A stretch of DNA of 64,000 nucleotides, taken from the NCBI GenBank assembly GCA_016939365.1, contig JAFGHD010000130.1:2707-66706 (forward strand), given 5' to 3'. Shown here piece after piece: positions 48,626-58,653 of this stretch. This DNA is from Bacteroidales bacterium (lineage in GTDB: Bacteria; Bacteroidota; Bacteroidia; Bacteroidales; JAFGHD01). A program made the translations under genes and the position numbers. Position 1 is the first letter of the stretch. The number at the start of each line of letters is the position of its first letter. The notes beneath the pieces are model-generated. The model was not told where the DNA came from. It was given only the letters and a program-made list of their open reading frames with translations, and searched no databases.

Positions 48626-49546
48626 ATGATCACTCCACCATATCTGAAACCGGATGACCGGGTGGCTGTTGTGGCACCGGCCGGCAGGGTGCCGGAGCTG
48701 AAGGTAGGCAAGTCGGCACGGGTACTGGAACAGTGGGGATTGAAAGTCGCATACGGGAAACATCTCTTCGGGACGCTTTACAGCTTTTCGGGCCATGACA
48801 GCGAACGGCTCGCCGACCTGCAACAGGCCCTCGACGATCCATCCATCCGGGCAGTGATCTGTGCCCGGGGAGGATACGGCAGCATACGGATCATTGACCG
48901 GATCGATTTCTCGGAGTTTGCCAGGCATCCGAAATGGATCGTAGGATTCAGCGACATCACCGTACTGCATTCCCATATCCAGAGGGCCTATGGAATTGAA
49001 ACGCTCCATGCCGCCATGCCCTCGGGCTACCCGGACGATCCCGGCAAGCCATCCCTGGCTTCATTGCATCAGGCACTGTCCGGGCATAAGCTGGAATACC
49101 ACCTGCCCATACATTCCCTCTCAAGGAGCGGTATCTGCCGGGGCATCCTGACGGGAGGCAACCTTTCGATCCTGTGCAGCCTGCTCGGCAGCAACTCCGT
49201 TCCCGACACAAAAGGAAAGATCCTCTTCATCGAAGAGGTGGGTGAGCACCTCTACCGGATCGACCGGATGATGTGGGCACTCCGCAGGTCGGGAATGCTG
49301 GAGCACCTGGCAGGGCTGGTGACCGGTGACTTCTCCGACATCAGGGATACAGCGGATGATTTCGGTAAAAATGCCCAGGAAATTGTCATGGAGGCTGTAT
49401 CAGGTTTTGATTTTCCGGTATGTATGGGCTTCCCTGCTGGACATCTCCCGGACAACCGGGCACTGATCATGGGTCGTGAGGTCGGGATGATTGTGGATCA
49501 GGATGCCGCATCGCTTTCATTCGAAGAACATTCACCGGCATCATGA
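48626..49546 (+). CDS. LD-carboxypeptidase (peptidase S66, LdcA/MccF-like)
   Basis: The track start at 48611 is TTG; the first ATG is 48626. Nucleophile motif IVGFSDITVLH, with C-terminal FPAGH. Confidence 0.8.
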   Translation: MITPPYLKPDDRVAVVAPAGRVPELKVGKSARVLEQWGLKVAYGKHLFGTLYSFSGHDSERLADLQQALDDPSIRAVICARGGYGSIRIIDRIDFSEFARHPKWIVGFSDITVLHSHIQRAYGIETLHAAMPSGYPDDPGKPSLASLHQALSGHKLEYHLPIHSLSRSGICRGILTGGNLSILCSLLGSNSVPDTKGKILFIEEVGEHLYRIDRMMWALRRSGMLEHLAGLVTGDFSDIRDTADDFGKNAQEIVMEAVSGFDFPVCMGFPAGHLPDNRALIMGREVGMIVDQDAASLSFEEHSPAS

Positions 49547-49598
49547 TGACTGGTCTTATCCTCTGGGCCGGAACGGCCGATATACAATCCAACGTCCA

Positions 49599-49982
49599 AT
49601 GATACCCGATAAAGATCACACCGACATGCGCCAGAAAACCGGACGGATGGGGGAAGAGGCCGCCGCCCGTTTCCTGGCTGATAAGGGGTATGAGATCCTC
49701 GAACGGAACTGGCGCTGCCGGAAGGATGAGATCGATATCATTGCACGGGACGGGGATTGGCTGGTCATCGTGGAGGTGAAGACCTATGCAGGGGCGGAAT
49801 GGATCTCTCCTGGCGAAGCAGTGCCAAAGACGAAGCAACGATGCCTGATCCGGGCGGCCAATGCCTACATTGAACGGAAGGATATCCACATGGAGATCCG
49901 CTTCGACATTATTTCAGTGGTTCTGGCGGAAACAGGAACGCAGATCAACCATATCCCTGACGCATTCTATCCCCTTCTCTGA
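49599..49982 (+). CDS. YraN-family (UPF0102) endonuclease-fold protein
   Basis: Start at ATG 49599. GEEAAARFLADKGYEILERNWRCRKDEIDIIARDGDWLVIVEVKT is the typical YraN PD-(D/E)xK core. Confidence 0.8.
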   Translation: MIPDKDHTDMRQKTGRMGEEAAARFLADKGYEILERNWRCRKDEIDIIARDGDWLVIVEVKTYAGAEWISPGEAVPKTKQRCLIRAANAYIERKDIHMEIRFDIISVVLAETGTQINHIPDAFYPLL

Positions 49983-49989
49983 CGGGAGA

Positions 49990-51108
49990 TCAGGCATGGA
50001 AGACAAGCAGGGGAATCCTTGTATGGAAAAGCATCCGACGTGTCAGGCTGGGTCTGAACAGTCTTTCGAACAGGCCTTTCCGCTGCCATATCAGGGCGAT
50101 CAGGTCCACTCCATGGTTGTTGATGAATTCATCCAGTCCCGTCAGCACATCCTCATGGTTTACAAGACTGAAGCGCAGGGACTCCTCACCGAGCTGATCC
50201 GTCAGTGCCATCCTGAGCTGATCCATTCTCAGCCTGTCCAGTGAGTCTTCGGATTCCGTGGAAATATGGACACAATGTACGGTCATACCGAAAGGCCTGA
50301 CCAGGTCGAGCAACCGCGGAATGGCCATCATATCCTGTTCATCGAAATCCGTGGCATAGAGCACTTCATTCACCTGCCCGATCCCTCTGTATTCAGCCTT
50401 GCCGGGGATAACCAGCACGGGAATGTTTGATCTTCTGATGATTCGGTAGGTTACACTTCCCAGGATATCATCGATACCTCCGCCCCGGCCCTTCATACCC
50501 ATAATGATCACACCGGGTTTGTATCTCGAGGCATACATCAGGATGGCATCATCAGGGGTACCCTGTTCCAGATGATAGGTCACCGGGGGTCTTTTCCCTT
50601 CATCAGGGATCGGCAATTCATCCAGGCCGGTAATGAATTCCTTCATCTGTTCCCGGGCTTCTTTCTCCATACCCTCAAGTACCTGGGCCATATTCAGGGG
50701 ATATCCCCCTCCTTCCGTAAAAGGCTCCGTCCCGATCAGGGGATGGTAGGTGGTATGAAACAACCTGACTTCCGCCTTGAGGTGTACCGCCATTCCGACA
50801 GCAAACCGGACGGCGTTCATGGATGGACCGGAAAAATCCACCGGGACCAGTATCCGCCTGACGCTCCGGAGTTTCTCAACATTCCGCTCCTTCTTCATAC
50901 CCACATCCCTGATCACCTCCTCAACAATATAGAGGGCGCGTTCCATGTCCTGCTCATGTATCATGACCTTTACCCCGGAAGCCACATCGGGCTGTAAGAG
51001 ATTGACATTCGACAGAAAACTCCCGATGCCCTCGGCCTCCAGGCGGGCTTTGATCAGAAGTACACGCGAATAAGGCCCGGTAGCAATGTTGATGATCCTG
51101 TCCTTCAT
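49990..51108 (-). CDS. Tandem universal stress protein (two UspA domains) with N-terminal DUF2007-like domain
   Basis: 372 aa. A small N-terminal alpha/beta domain is followed by two Usp repeats (RILVPVDFSGPS ... IIMGMKGRGG; VLYATDFDEQD ... LIAL). Confidence 0.7.
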   Translation of the reverse strand: MKDRIINIATGPYSRVLLIKARLEAEGIGSFLSNVNLLQPDVASGVKVMIHEQDMERALYIVEEVIRDVGMKKERNVEKLRSVRRILVPVDFSGPSMNAVRFAVGMAVHLKAEVRLFHTTYHPLIGTEPFTEGGGYPLNMAQVLEGMEKEAREQMKEFITGLDELPIPDEGKRPPVTYHLEQGTPDDAILMYASRYKPGVIIMGMKGRGGGIDDILGSVTYRIIRRSNIPVLVIPGKAEYRGIGQVNEVLYATDFDEQDMMAIPRLLDLVRPFGMTVHCVHISTESEDSLDRLRMDQLRMALTDQLGEESLRFSLVNHEDVLTGLDEFINNHGVDLIALIWQRKGLFERLFRPSLTRRMLFHTRIPLLVFHA

Positions 51109-51174
51109 GGTATTGGATTTTTTTGAATGAACCCTTATATATTAAACGTTGACAGCGGCCACATTGTTACCTTC

Positions 51175-51645
51175 TCAGGGCTTCTCCAGGTTGATAAGCT
51201 CAGGGTATCGCGGTATCTCTTCCAGGAAGCTGCAGGAACCTTCCCTGAGATCGACACGGCAGCAATAATGCACCAAACCATTGGTAATCACCAGATAAGA
51301 AACATTCAGAGCCCGATTGTACCGGGCAGCCTGGTCGAAAACCCCCTGGTCAGGATCGACGCCGGGAGCCTTGCACTCCACCAGCATCAGGGGAATCCCG
51401 CTCCTGCTGTAGACGACGATATCAGCCCTTTTCACCAGACGGTTCAGCCTGAAATTCACCTCCACACCGATCAGGGTGGCAGGCACTGACTTACCGTTCA
51501 CCAGGTAATGCACGAAGTGCTGCCTGACCCATTCCTCAGGTGTCAGGGTCACATATTTGCGCCGGATAACATCAAATATCTCTTCCCGGGTTCCGGTTTT
51601 CCTTATCCGGGCCGGGAAGGCAGGCAGGTTGAGGGCTGTTTTCAT
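51175..51645 (-). CDS. Type I restriction enzyme HsdR N-terminal-domain-only protein (PD-(D/E)xK fold)
   Basis: 156 aa. EEWVRQHFVHYLV...RADIVVYSRSGIPLMLVECKAPGV matches the stand-alone HSDR_N_2 proteins common in Bacteroidota. Confidence 0.6.
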   Translation of the reverse strand: MKTALNLPAFPARIRKTGTREEIFDVIRRKYVTLTPEEWVRQHFVHYLVNGKSVPATLIGVEVNFRLNRLVKRADIVVYSRSGIPLMLVECKAPGVDPDQGVFDQAARYNRALNVSYLVITNGLVHYCCRVDLREGSCSFLEEIPRYPELINLEKP

Positions 51646-51767
51646 TCGGGATGATCCTCCGGGCGTTCCTTCATGCCGCCTAAGTTAAATATTCCCGGCC
51701 AATTGCTTCCACTATTTCCGGATCATGATAATTTCATACAAGTATTGCTCATCATTCGATTTATTTT

Positions 51768-51775
51768 TACCTTTG
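51768..51775 (+). promoter_or_regulatory. Candidate -7 promoter box for the yceD-rpmF-plsX-fabH operon
   Basis: TACCTTTG matches TAnnTTTG and lies 27-34 nt upstream of the in-frame TTG at 51802. Confidence 0.35.
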
Positions 51776-51801
51776 CAGCCCGTTTTTCAAAACCGGAAAG
51801 G

Positions 51802-52326
51802 TTGGACGTCCTGAAAGAGTATGTGATCCCGTTTCGGGGACTGGCTATCGGTGAACACCTTTCCCATTTTGATATCGGTGAGCCGTTCTTTTCATGTTTC
51901 GAACGCAGCGAAATCCGGAAAGGCAGTCTCCGTCTTGAGCTCCTGCTGGAGCGTCAGGAACGGCTGCTGATACTCGACTTCCGGCTGGCGGGGACGGTAC
52001 GGGTGATGTGTGACCGGTGTCTGGAGGAGATGGACTGGCCCCTGGAAATAAACCGGAGGATGTTCATCAAATTCGGTGAAGCCTACCGGGAGGAATCGGA
52101 AGAGATCATCATCATCCCGGAACAGCAGTTCCAGGTGGATATCAGCCAGTGGGTCTATGAATTCATCATACTCGCACTTCCCATCCGGAAGGTACATCCG
52201 GATCTTGAGACAGGAGAGCCCGGATGCAGCGCTGAGGCGGTCAACCTGTTGAACAGATACCGGAAGAACCGCCTGCCCGATACCCGGTGGGATTCGCTGC
52301 GGGATATTCAGAATGACAAGCCTTAA
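51802..52326 (+). CDS. YceD (DUF177) family protein
   Basis: ORF 51673..52326. The conserved part begins near DVLKEYVIPFRGLAIGEH. The C-terminal CDRCLEEM...CxxE pattern and the position directly upstream of rpmF are typical of YceD. I propose the TTG start at 51802, because the ATG at 51673 lies upstream of the candidate promoter. Confidence 0.65.
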   Translation: MDVLKEYVIPFRGLAIGEHLSHFDIGEPFFSCFERSEIRKGSLRLELLLERQERLLILDFRLAGTVRVMCDRCLEEMDWPLEINRRMFIKFGEAYREESEEIIIIPEQQFQVDISQWVYEFIILALPIRKVHPDLETGEPGCSAEAVNLLNRYRKNRLPDTRWDSLRDIQNDKP

Positions 52327-52353
52327 CAGGAATCAAACCTAATAGTTACAGAA

Positions 52354-52545
52354 ATGCCTCATCCAAAAAGAAAAACATCGAAAACCCGGAGGGACAAAAG
52401 GCGTACCCACCATAAGGCCCAGGCACCCGTCCTGGCTACCTGCCCGGCTACCGGTACCATCCATGAGTACCACAGGGCCTATTATGTGGAAGACGATCTC
52501 TATTATAAGGGAAAACTGGTTGTGTCCGGCAGTGAAGGCAAGTAA
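52354..52545 (+). CDS. rpmF: 50S ribosomal protein L32
   Basis: [22 protein letters not shown] is the canonical L32 N-terminus. 63 aa. Confidence 0.9.
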   Translation: MPHPKRKTSKTRRDKRRTHHKAQAPVLATCPATGTIHEYHRAYYVEDDLYYKGKLVVSGSEGK

Positions 52546-52602
52546 TTGCACTTTGCACCGGTTTTTCTCCCCCGTCAGGGAGTTCTTTCCTCCAAACCAC
52601 TG

Positions 52603-53559
52603 ATGCGAATCGGAATTGATGCCATGGGCGGTGATTTCGCTCCCAGGACTACGGTCAGGGGAGCGGTTTCAGCATTGGAAGCCCTCCCGGCATCTGATAA
52701 AATCGTGCTTTTCGGCCCTAAGGAACTGATCATGGACGAACTGCAGCGGATGGATACCGCTCAGTACGTGGTGGAGATCGTTCATGCCGCCGAAGTGATC
52801 GGCATGGGAGAAAGACCGATCCGGGCCTTTACCCTCAAACCGGACTCCAGCATCGCCGTTGGACTCAGATACCTGAAACAAAAAAAAATAGACTCCTTCG
52901 CCAGTGCCGGAAATTCAGGTGCCACCCTTGTGGGGGCCATGTATACGGTCAACAGCATCAGGGGAGTGATCAGACCCTGTACCTCCGCCATCGTCCCCAA
53001 GGAAAACGGAGGTGTCAACCTGATCCTCGACGTGGGTACCAATCCTGATGTAAAACCGGATGTACTCTACCAGTTTGCCATCCTGGGAACCATTTATGCC
53101 CGAAATGTACTGGGTATCAAGGACCCAAGGGTGGGATTGTTGAATATCGGGGAGGAAGAGGAAAAGGGAAACCTTCTTTGCCAGGCGACCTACCCACTGC
53201 TCAAAGGCAGTGCGGATTTCCATTTCTATGGAAACGTGGAAGGACGCGACCTGTTCAAGGATAAAGCCGATGTCATTGTGTGCGATGGATTTACGGGGAA
53301 CATCGTCCTGAAGCAGGTCGAAGCCATGTACCGGCTCATGGTCAAAAGAAACCTCGTGGATGACTATTTCAACCGGTTCAACTATGAAAACTACGGAGGC
53401 AGCCCCATCCTGGGCATCAATGGCTCGGTGGTGATCGGCCATGGGATATCCAGTGAAACAGCCATCCGGAATATGATCCTCCTTTCCAAGGAAGTTTTTG
53501 AGGCAAGACTTTCCCAAAAAATAAAAAGAGCTTTAAGCAAGTACTTGGAAAATAAATAA
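52603..53559 (+). CDS. plsX: Phosphate acyltransferase PlsX
   Basis: Start at ATG 52603: MRIGIDAMGGDFAP. Also VCDGFTGNIVLK and GINGSVVIGHG. Confidence 0.9.
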   Translation: MRIGIDAMGGDFAPRTTVRGAVSALEALPASDKIVLFGPKELIMDELQRMDTAQYVVEIVHAAEVIGMGERPIRAFTLKPDSSIAVGLRYLKQKKIDSFASAGNSGATLVGAMYTVNSIRGVIRPCTSAIVPKENGGVNLILDVGTNPDVKPDVLYQFAILGTIYARNVLGIKDPRVGLLNIGEEEEKGNLLCQATYPLLKGSADFHFYGNVEGRDLFKDKADVIVCDGFTGNIVLKQVEAMYRLMVKRNLVDDYFNRFNYENYGGSPILGINGSVVIGHGISSETAIRNMILLSKEVFEARLSQKIKRALSKYLENK

Positions 53560-53592
53560 TTTTACCGCGCTTATTTGATTCAGATCAATTAA

Positions 53593-54594
53593 ATGGAAAA
53601 GATCAGGGCAGCGATTACCGGTATTCATGCATATGCCCCGGATTACGTGCTCACCAACGAGGAGCTGACCCATATGGTGGACACCTCGGATGAGTGGATC
53701 ATGGCCCGGACCGGTATCAGGGAAAGACGGATCCTTAAGGGTGAAGGTCTCGGCACATCGGATCTGGCGGTGAAAGCAGTGAATACCCTGCTGGAAAAGA
53801 CCTCTACCTCACCACGTGATATTGACCTGGTAATCTGTGCAACGGTCACTCCCGACATGGTCTATCCTGCCACAGCGAATATTATCAGCGACAAGGTGGG
53901 TATGGTCAACGCCTTCAGTTTTGATCTGAATGCCGCCTGCTCAGGCTTTATTTATGCCCTGGTCACCGGATCGAAGTATGTTGAATCAGGAACTTACCGG
54001 AAAGTGATCGTGGTGGGGGCTGATAAAATGTCCTCCATAGTCGATTATGCCGACCGGGCCACCTGCGTGATCTTCGGTGACGGATGCGGGGCGGTATTGC
54101 TTGAGCCCTCACCAAACGGTTACGGTATCATGGATGCGATCCTGCGGACTGATGGCTCCGGAAGGATACACCTGCACCAGAAAGCCGGCGGATCGGTAAA
54201 GCCTTCAACCCACGAAACCATCGATGCAGGTGAACATTTTATCTACCAGGAAGGACAGGCCGTCTTTAAATTCGCTGTGACCAATATGGCTGATGTCTCC
54301 GTTGAGATCATGGAAAGAAATCACCTGAAATCGGAAGACGTCACCTGGCTGGTGCCCCATCAGGCCAACCTCAGGATCATTGAGGCCACGGCAAAAAGAA
54401 TGGGGATAAAAAAGGATCAGGTGATGATCAACATACAGCGGTACGGAAACACCACCAACGGAACCATCCCCCTGTGCCTGTGGGAATGGGAAGACAAGCT
54501 GAAGAAAGGCGACAACCTCATCCTCTCCGCTTTCGGCGGTGGCTTTACATGGGGAGCCGTTTATCTGAAATGGGCCTATAACGGCTTGTCATAA
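53593..54594 (+). CDS. fabH: Beta-ketoacyl-ACP synthase III
   Basis: Catalytic triad contexts [14 protein letters not shown] and [11 protein letters not shown]-terminus [16 protein letters not shown]. Confidence 0.9.
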   Translation: MEKIRAAITGIHAYAPDYVLTNEELTHMVDTSDEWIMARTGIRERRILKGEGLGTSDLAVKAVNTLLEKTSTSPRDIDLVICATVTPDMVYPATANIISDKVGMVNAFSFDLNAACSGFIYALVTGSKYVESGTYRKVIVVGADKMSSIVDYADRATCVIFGDGCGAVLLEPSPNGYGIMDAILRTDGSGRIHLHQKAGGSVKPSTHETIDAGEHFIYQEGQAVFKFAVTNMADVSVEIMERNHLKSEDVTWLVPHQANLRIIEATAKRMGIKKDQVMINIQRYGNTTNGTIPLCLWEWEDKLKKGDNLILSAFGGGFTWGAVYLKWAYNGLS

Positions 54595-54687
54595 TCCTCA
54601 CGGAACATACCGGCGTATTCGCTTTTTTTTCGATATTTACAGCTTCCAACGGAACTGGATTCCGTTGTGTTGTAAAACCTGCAGGCC

Positions 54688-56460
54688 ATGCAAAGATTTG
54701 CAATCCTCGCAGCCGTGGCCTTAATGACGGCTTGCACCTCCCATCCGCCGGACTGGCAGACTCACTACGAGAAATCAGGATTTACAGCCACTCCGAGATA
54801 TGACGAAACCATGCGGTATTGCCGGCAACTGGACGAGGCTTCTCCCTGGATCCGCTTCACCACATTCGGGCAAAGCCCCCGGCAAAGGGATCTGCCGCTG
54901 ATGATCATCGACCGGCAGGGATACACCGAGCCCGGCAGGATCCGTTCCGCCGGCCGTCAGGTGGCACTCGTGCAGTGCTGCATCCATCCGGGCGAATCCG
55001 AAGGAAAGGATGCCATGCTGATGATGATGCGGGAAATGACCATCACGAAACAGCTGGGGGATTTGCTGGAACATGTCTCCCTGCTCGTCATTCCCATCTT
55101 CAACGTGGATGGTCATGAGCGTTACGGACCCTACTCCCGGATCAACCAGAACGGGCCTGTAGAGATGGGCTGGCGCACGACGGCACAGAACCTGAACCTC
55201 AACAGGGATTATATGAAGGCGGATGCTCCGGAGATGCAGGCGTGGCTGCAGCTCTTCCACCTCTGGATGCCCGATTTCTTCATCGACTGCCATACCACCG
55301 ACGGCGCCGATTACCAGTATGTGCTGACATATGCCATGGAAATCTTCGGGAATATGGATACAGCCCTGACCCGCTGGCAGAAGGAGATGTTCATCCCCGC
55401 CATCACTGGTGGCATGGAACGTGCAGGGTTCCCGGTATTCCAGTATGTCAGCTTCCGGAGATGGCATGATCCGCGCAGCGGCCTCTATACGGGCGTTTCT
55501 CCGGCCATGCTGTCTCAGGGATACACGGCCCTGAACAACCGGCCCGGACTACTGATCGAGACGCATATGCTCAAACCCTACCAACAAAGGGTCGACGCTA
55601 CCTATGAGATGATCCGGCTCAGCCTGCAATACCTCAACCAGCACCATGATACACTGCGGCAGATGATCTCCCATGCGGATCAATACTGCTCCGGCGTTGA
55701 ATTCAGGAAAGACTCCGTACCGGTGAATTTCATCATCGACTATTCCGACAGCATTATGGTGGACTTCAAAGGGGTGGCATACGATGTGATTCCCAGCGAT
55801 CTGACCGGGGGCGACTGGTTTGTCTACAGCGATACACCCATGACCTTCCGACTGCCCTGGTTCTGTCACAGCCGGATCACCAGGTCGGTGATGCTGCCGG
55901 AAGGATATATCATTCCTGTGGAATGGTCTGAAGTGATCCGCCGCCTTGATTGGCACGGCATCCGATACCACCGGCTCGATACAACTCTCACCCTGACTGT
56001 CAGCACCTACCGCTTCAGCGACTACCAGTGGAGCCGGCAACCCTTTGAAGGCCGCCATACCCTGACCGGCCTGAAGACAGAAGAGATCACCCTGGAAAAG
56101 GAGTTCCCCGCCGGCTCCGTCGTGATCGACATGAATCAACCTGCCGCCCGGGTGATCGCATGGCTGATGGAACCCGGCTCCGACGACTCCTTTGTCCACT
56201 GGGGCTTCTTCGATGCCATCTTCGAGCAGAAAGAGTACTCCGAAACCTATGTGATGGAGAAAGTAGCCCGTGAAATGCTCGCAGAAAACCCGGAACTGAG
56301 GGAAGAATTCGACCGGCTCAGAAAGGAAAATCCGGTCTTCGCTTCACAACAGTGGCTCCAGCTGAACTGGTTTTACCAGCGGACACCCTGGTGGGATGAA
56401 GTCAAGGACATCTACCCCGTGGGAAGGATCATGGATCGCGAAATACTAGGGTCATTGTAA
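54688..56460 (+). CDS. M14-family zinc carboxypeptidase-like protein, lipoprotein
   Basis: Signal peptide plus lipobox (AVALMTACTS). HxxE zinc motif in CIHPGESEGKD, followed by NLNRDYMK. Confidence 0.75.
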   Translation: MQRFAILAAVALMTACTSHPPDWQTHYEKSGFTATPRYDETMRYCRQLDEASPWIRFTTFGQSPRQRDLPLMIIDRQGYTEPGRIRSAGRQVALVQCCIHPGESEGKDAMLMMMREMTITKQLGDLLEHVSLLVIPIFNVDGHERYGPYSRINQNGPVEMGWRTTAQNLNLNRDYMKADAPEMQAWLQLFHLWMPDFFIDCHTTDGADYQYVLTYAMEIFGNMDTALTRWQKEMFIPAITGGMERAGFPVFQYVSFRRWHDPRSGLYTGVSPAMLSQGYTALNNRPGLLIETHMLKPYQQRVDATYEMIRLSLQYLNQHHDTLRQMISHADQYCSGVEFRKDSVPVNFIIDYSDSIMVDFKGVAYDVIPSDLTGGDWFVYSDTPMTFRLPWFCHSRITRSVMLPEGYIIPVEWSEVIRRLDWHGIRYHRLDTTLTLTVSTYRFSDYQWSRQPFEGRHTLTGLKTEEITLEKEFPAGSVVIDMNQPAARVIAWLMEPGSDDSFVHWGFFDAIFEQKEYSETYVMEKVAREMLAENPELREEFDRLRKENPVFASQQWLQLNWFYQRTPWWDEVKDIYPVGRIMDREILGSL

Positions 56461-56481
56461 CGAAAAACACAGTTTCCCGGA

Positions 56482-58077
56482 TCAGAATCCGTTCAGCTCC
56501 ATGGTGACCGTGGGGATCAGCAGCAGGAATCCCAGCGCCATCAGGATCAGCATAAAAGGCCATATCCACCTGACCCAGCGGTCGTATGGGATCCGGGCCA
56601 CCCCCAAAGCCCCGATAAGCACACCCGATGTCGGGGTGATCATGTTGGTGAATCCATCCCCGAATTGAAAGGCCATGACGGTCGCCTGCCTGGAAAGCCC
56701 GACCAGGTCGGAGAAGGGCGCCATGACCGGCATGGTCAGTGCAGCCTTGGCAGAGCCCGAAGGAATGATGATGTTGATGATGGTCTGGATGCCGTACATC
56801 ACCCCCACCGTTCCCGTCTTCCCCAACCCCTCCATGGATCGTGACACACGGTACAGGATCGTATCGATGATCCGGCCGTCCTCCAGAACCACCAGGATAC
56901 CCCCGGCCAATCCCACCACCAGTGCTGCAGGCAGGATGTCCTTCACCCCTTCGATGAACATCCTGGTGATGTTTGTGGGTGAATGGCTCATGGCCAAGCC
57001 GGAGAAGATACCCATGGCGAAGAACAGTGTGGCGATCTCCCCGATATACCATCCATAACCCATCACCCCGATGATCAGGAAGAGGATGGTAAACCCCAGG
57101 AGGTTCAGAACGAAGAAATGTGCCGACCTCCGGAGGGTGATCACCCCGGTGACCAGGAATAATGCGGTGCTGACCGGGACCATGGGAAGTATGGATGTCC
57201 AGTGACCGATCTTCATCTCGGTCATGGGATTGAGCCACGAGAATACGGTCAGGGCCGCAAGGATCACCATGAACACCAGCCAGGCAGATCGGGATGTCTC
57301 ATAACGAATGGAATCCGGATCCGTACCTCCGCGTTTCCGCCAGTATTCATCGAGCTGATAAACCGGGGAGCGCTGGGGTCTTTTCCGGATCCTCCCGGCA
57401 TACCTGAGCACCCAGGATATAGCCACCGCATTGATCACCACCCAGCAAAACAGACGGTATTCAAAGCCTGAAAAAAGCGGTATATCGGCAATACCCTGCG
57501 CTATGCCGATGGTGAAGGGATTCAGCACGGCGGCGGCAAATCCGACATGGGCCGCCACATAGACCATGCATACACCCACGATGGAATCGTAACCCATCGA
57601 TATGGCCAGCGGCACCAGGATGATCACAAAGGCGATCGTCTCCTCGCTCATGCCGAACACCGCACCGAAGACGCTGAACAACAGCATGACCATGACAATG
57701 ATGAGGTTGTTCACCCCCAGCTTCCTGAAAAACCAGACCTTTTCCCAGCGGGCCGTGCGTCTCAGGAAGGAGGCAATGCCGGCATCGATCGCCCTGCTCT
57801 GGTTCATGATCCAGAACGCCCCGCCGATCATCAGAATGAATACAATGATCCCGGCCTGTCTTTCAAAGCCCCGGAAAAGCGCGGCAAAAACCTGCCAGGT
57901 CTGACGGTGGCTGTCCATGTAGTGGAACGAGTCCTCCACGATCACTGTCCGCTCCACTCCGTTTACCACGATGGTCTGACGGTCATACGCTCCCCCGGGA
58001 ATGATCCAGGTCAGGAGCGCAGCGATCATTATTATGTAGAAAATGATGACGTATGTGTGTGGTACTTTCTTCAGCAT
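56482..58077 (-). CDS. YfcC/DcuC-type (C4-dicarboxylate anaerobic carrier family) membrane transporter
   Basis: 531 aa, polytopic. The N-terminus MLKKVPHTYVIIFYIIMIAALLTWIIPGGAYDR is typical of YfcC-family proteins. Confidence 0.7.
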   Translation of the reverse strand: MLKKVPHTYVIIFYIIMIAALLTWIIPGGAYDRQTIVVNGVERTVIVEDSFHYMDSHRQTWQVFAALFRGFERQAGIIVFILMIGGAFWIMNQSRAIDAGIASFLRRTARWEKVWFFRKLGVNNLIIVMVMLLFSVFGAVFGMSEETIAFVIILVPLAISMGYDSIVGVCMVYVAAHVGFAAAVLNPFTIGIAQGIADIPLFSGFEYRLFCWVVINAVAISWVLRYAGRIRKRPQRSPVYQLDEYWRKRGGTDPDSIRYETSRSAWLVFMVILAALTVFSWLNPMTEMKIGHWTSILPMVPVSTALFLVTGVITLRRSAHFFVLNLLGFTILFLIIGVMGYGWYIGEIATLFFAMGIFSGLAMSHSPTNITRMFIEGVKDILPAALVVGLAGGILVVLEDGRIIDTILYRVSRSMEGLGKTGTVGVMYGIQTIINIIIPSGSAKAALTMPVMAPFSDLVGLSRQATVMAFQFGDGFTNMITPTSGVLIGALGVARIPYDRWVRWIWPFMLILMALGFLLLIPTVTMELNGF

Positions 58078-58182
58078 AGGCTAATTATTTCAATGCGTGA
58101 GCCGGATCACACTCCGGGAAATGCCTCCTTCCTCAACAAAAATATAAATTTAACATTATTTAACGTGAACGATGCAATAAAA

Positions 58183-58228
58183 TACGAATCTTTTCGTACT
58201 TTAGTTGTTCGATACGAAGGGTTTCGTA
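58183..58228. promoter_or_regulatory. Two perfect TACGAA-N4-TTCGTA dyads upstream of the BlaI-family gene
   Basis: The first dyad is TACGAA tctt TTCGTA at 58183-58198 and the second is TACGAA gggt TTCGTA at 58213-58228. They are 30 bp apart, and the second ends 25 nt before the blaI-like ATG (58253). Confidence 0.55.
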
Positions 58229-58252
58229 ATAACAAAAACGGGGTCAGCAGAG

Positions 58253-58639
58253 ATGACGGAAAAGCACATCAAACCCACCGAGGCCGAGCTGGAGATCCTG
58301 CAGGTATTGTGGGAAAAGGGACCGTCCACAGTGAAGACGGTGCATGAAAGCCTGGATGGGATACGCAGTGTGGGTTACACCACCATTCTGAAGCTGATGC
58401 AGATCATGATCCAGAAGGGGCTCCTTACCCGGAAAAGGGATGGACGCAACCATATATACGCGGCCGTTCCCGAACGAAAGGCGGTTCAGCGGCAACTGCT
58501 GGACCGTTTTCTGAACGGTGTGTTCGGTGGTTCTGCACAGAAAATGGTCATGCAGGTTCTTGGTCAGTACCGGGCATCCCCCCGGGAACTGAAGGAGATC
58601 AGACAATATATCAAGAAGCTGGAGAAGGACAAATCATAA
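58253..58639 (+). CDS. BlaI/MecI/CopY-family transcriptional repressor
   Basis: Start at ATG 58253: MTEKHIKPTEAELEILQVLWEKGPSTVKTVHESL...YTTILKLMQIMIQKGLLTRKRDGRNHIY, a Penicillinase_R winged helix. Confidence 0.85.
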   Translation: MTEKHIKPTEAELEILQVLWEKGPSTVKTVHESLDGIRSVGYTTILKLMQIMIQKGLLTRKRDGRNHIYAAVPERKAVQRQLLDRFLNGVFGGSAQKMVMQVLGQYRASPRELKEIRQYIKKLEKDKS

Positions 58640-58653
58640 AAAGGATTTGACCG

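Noticed and set aside
54775-58347. Long antisense ORFs: 54775..55467(-), 55549..56199(-), 56429..57238(-) and 57547..58347(+)
   Set aside because: Each lies opposite a well-supported gene (M14 peptidase or YfcC transporter). Their composition is low-complexity and Gly/His/Arg/Pro/Asp-rich, so they are shadow ORFs.
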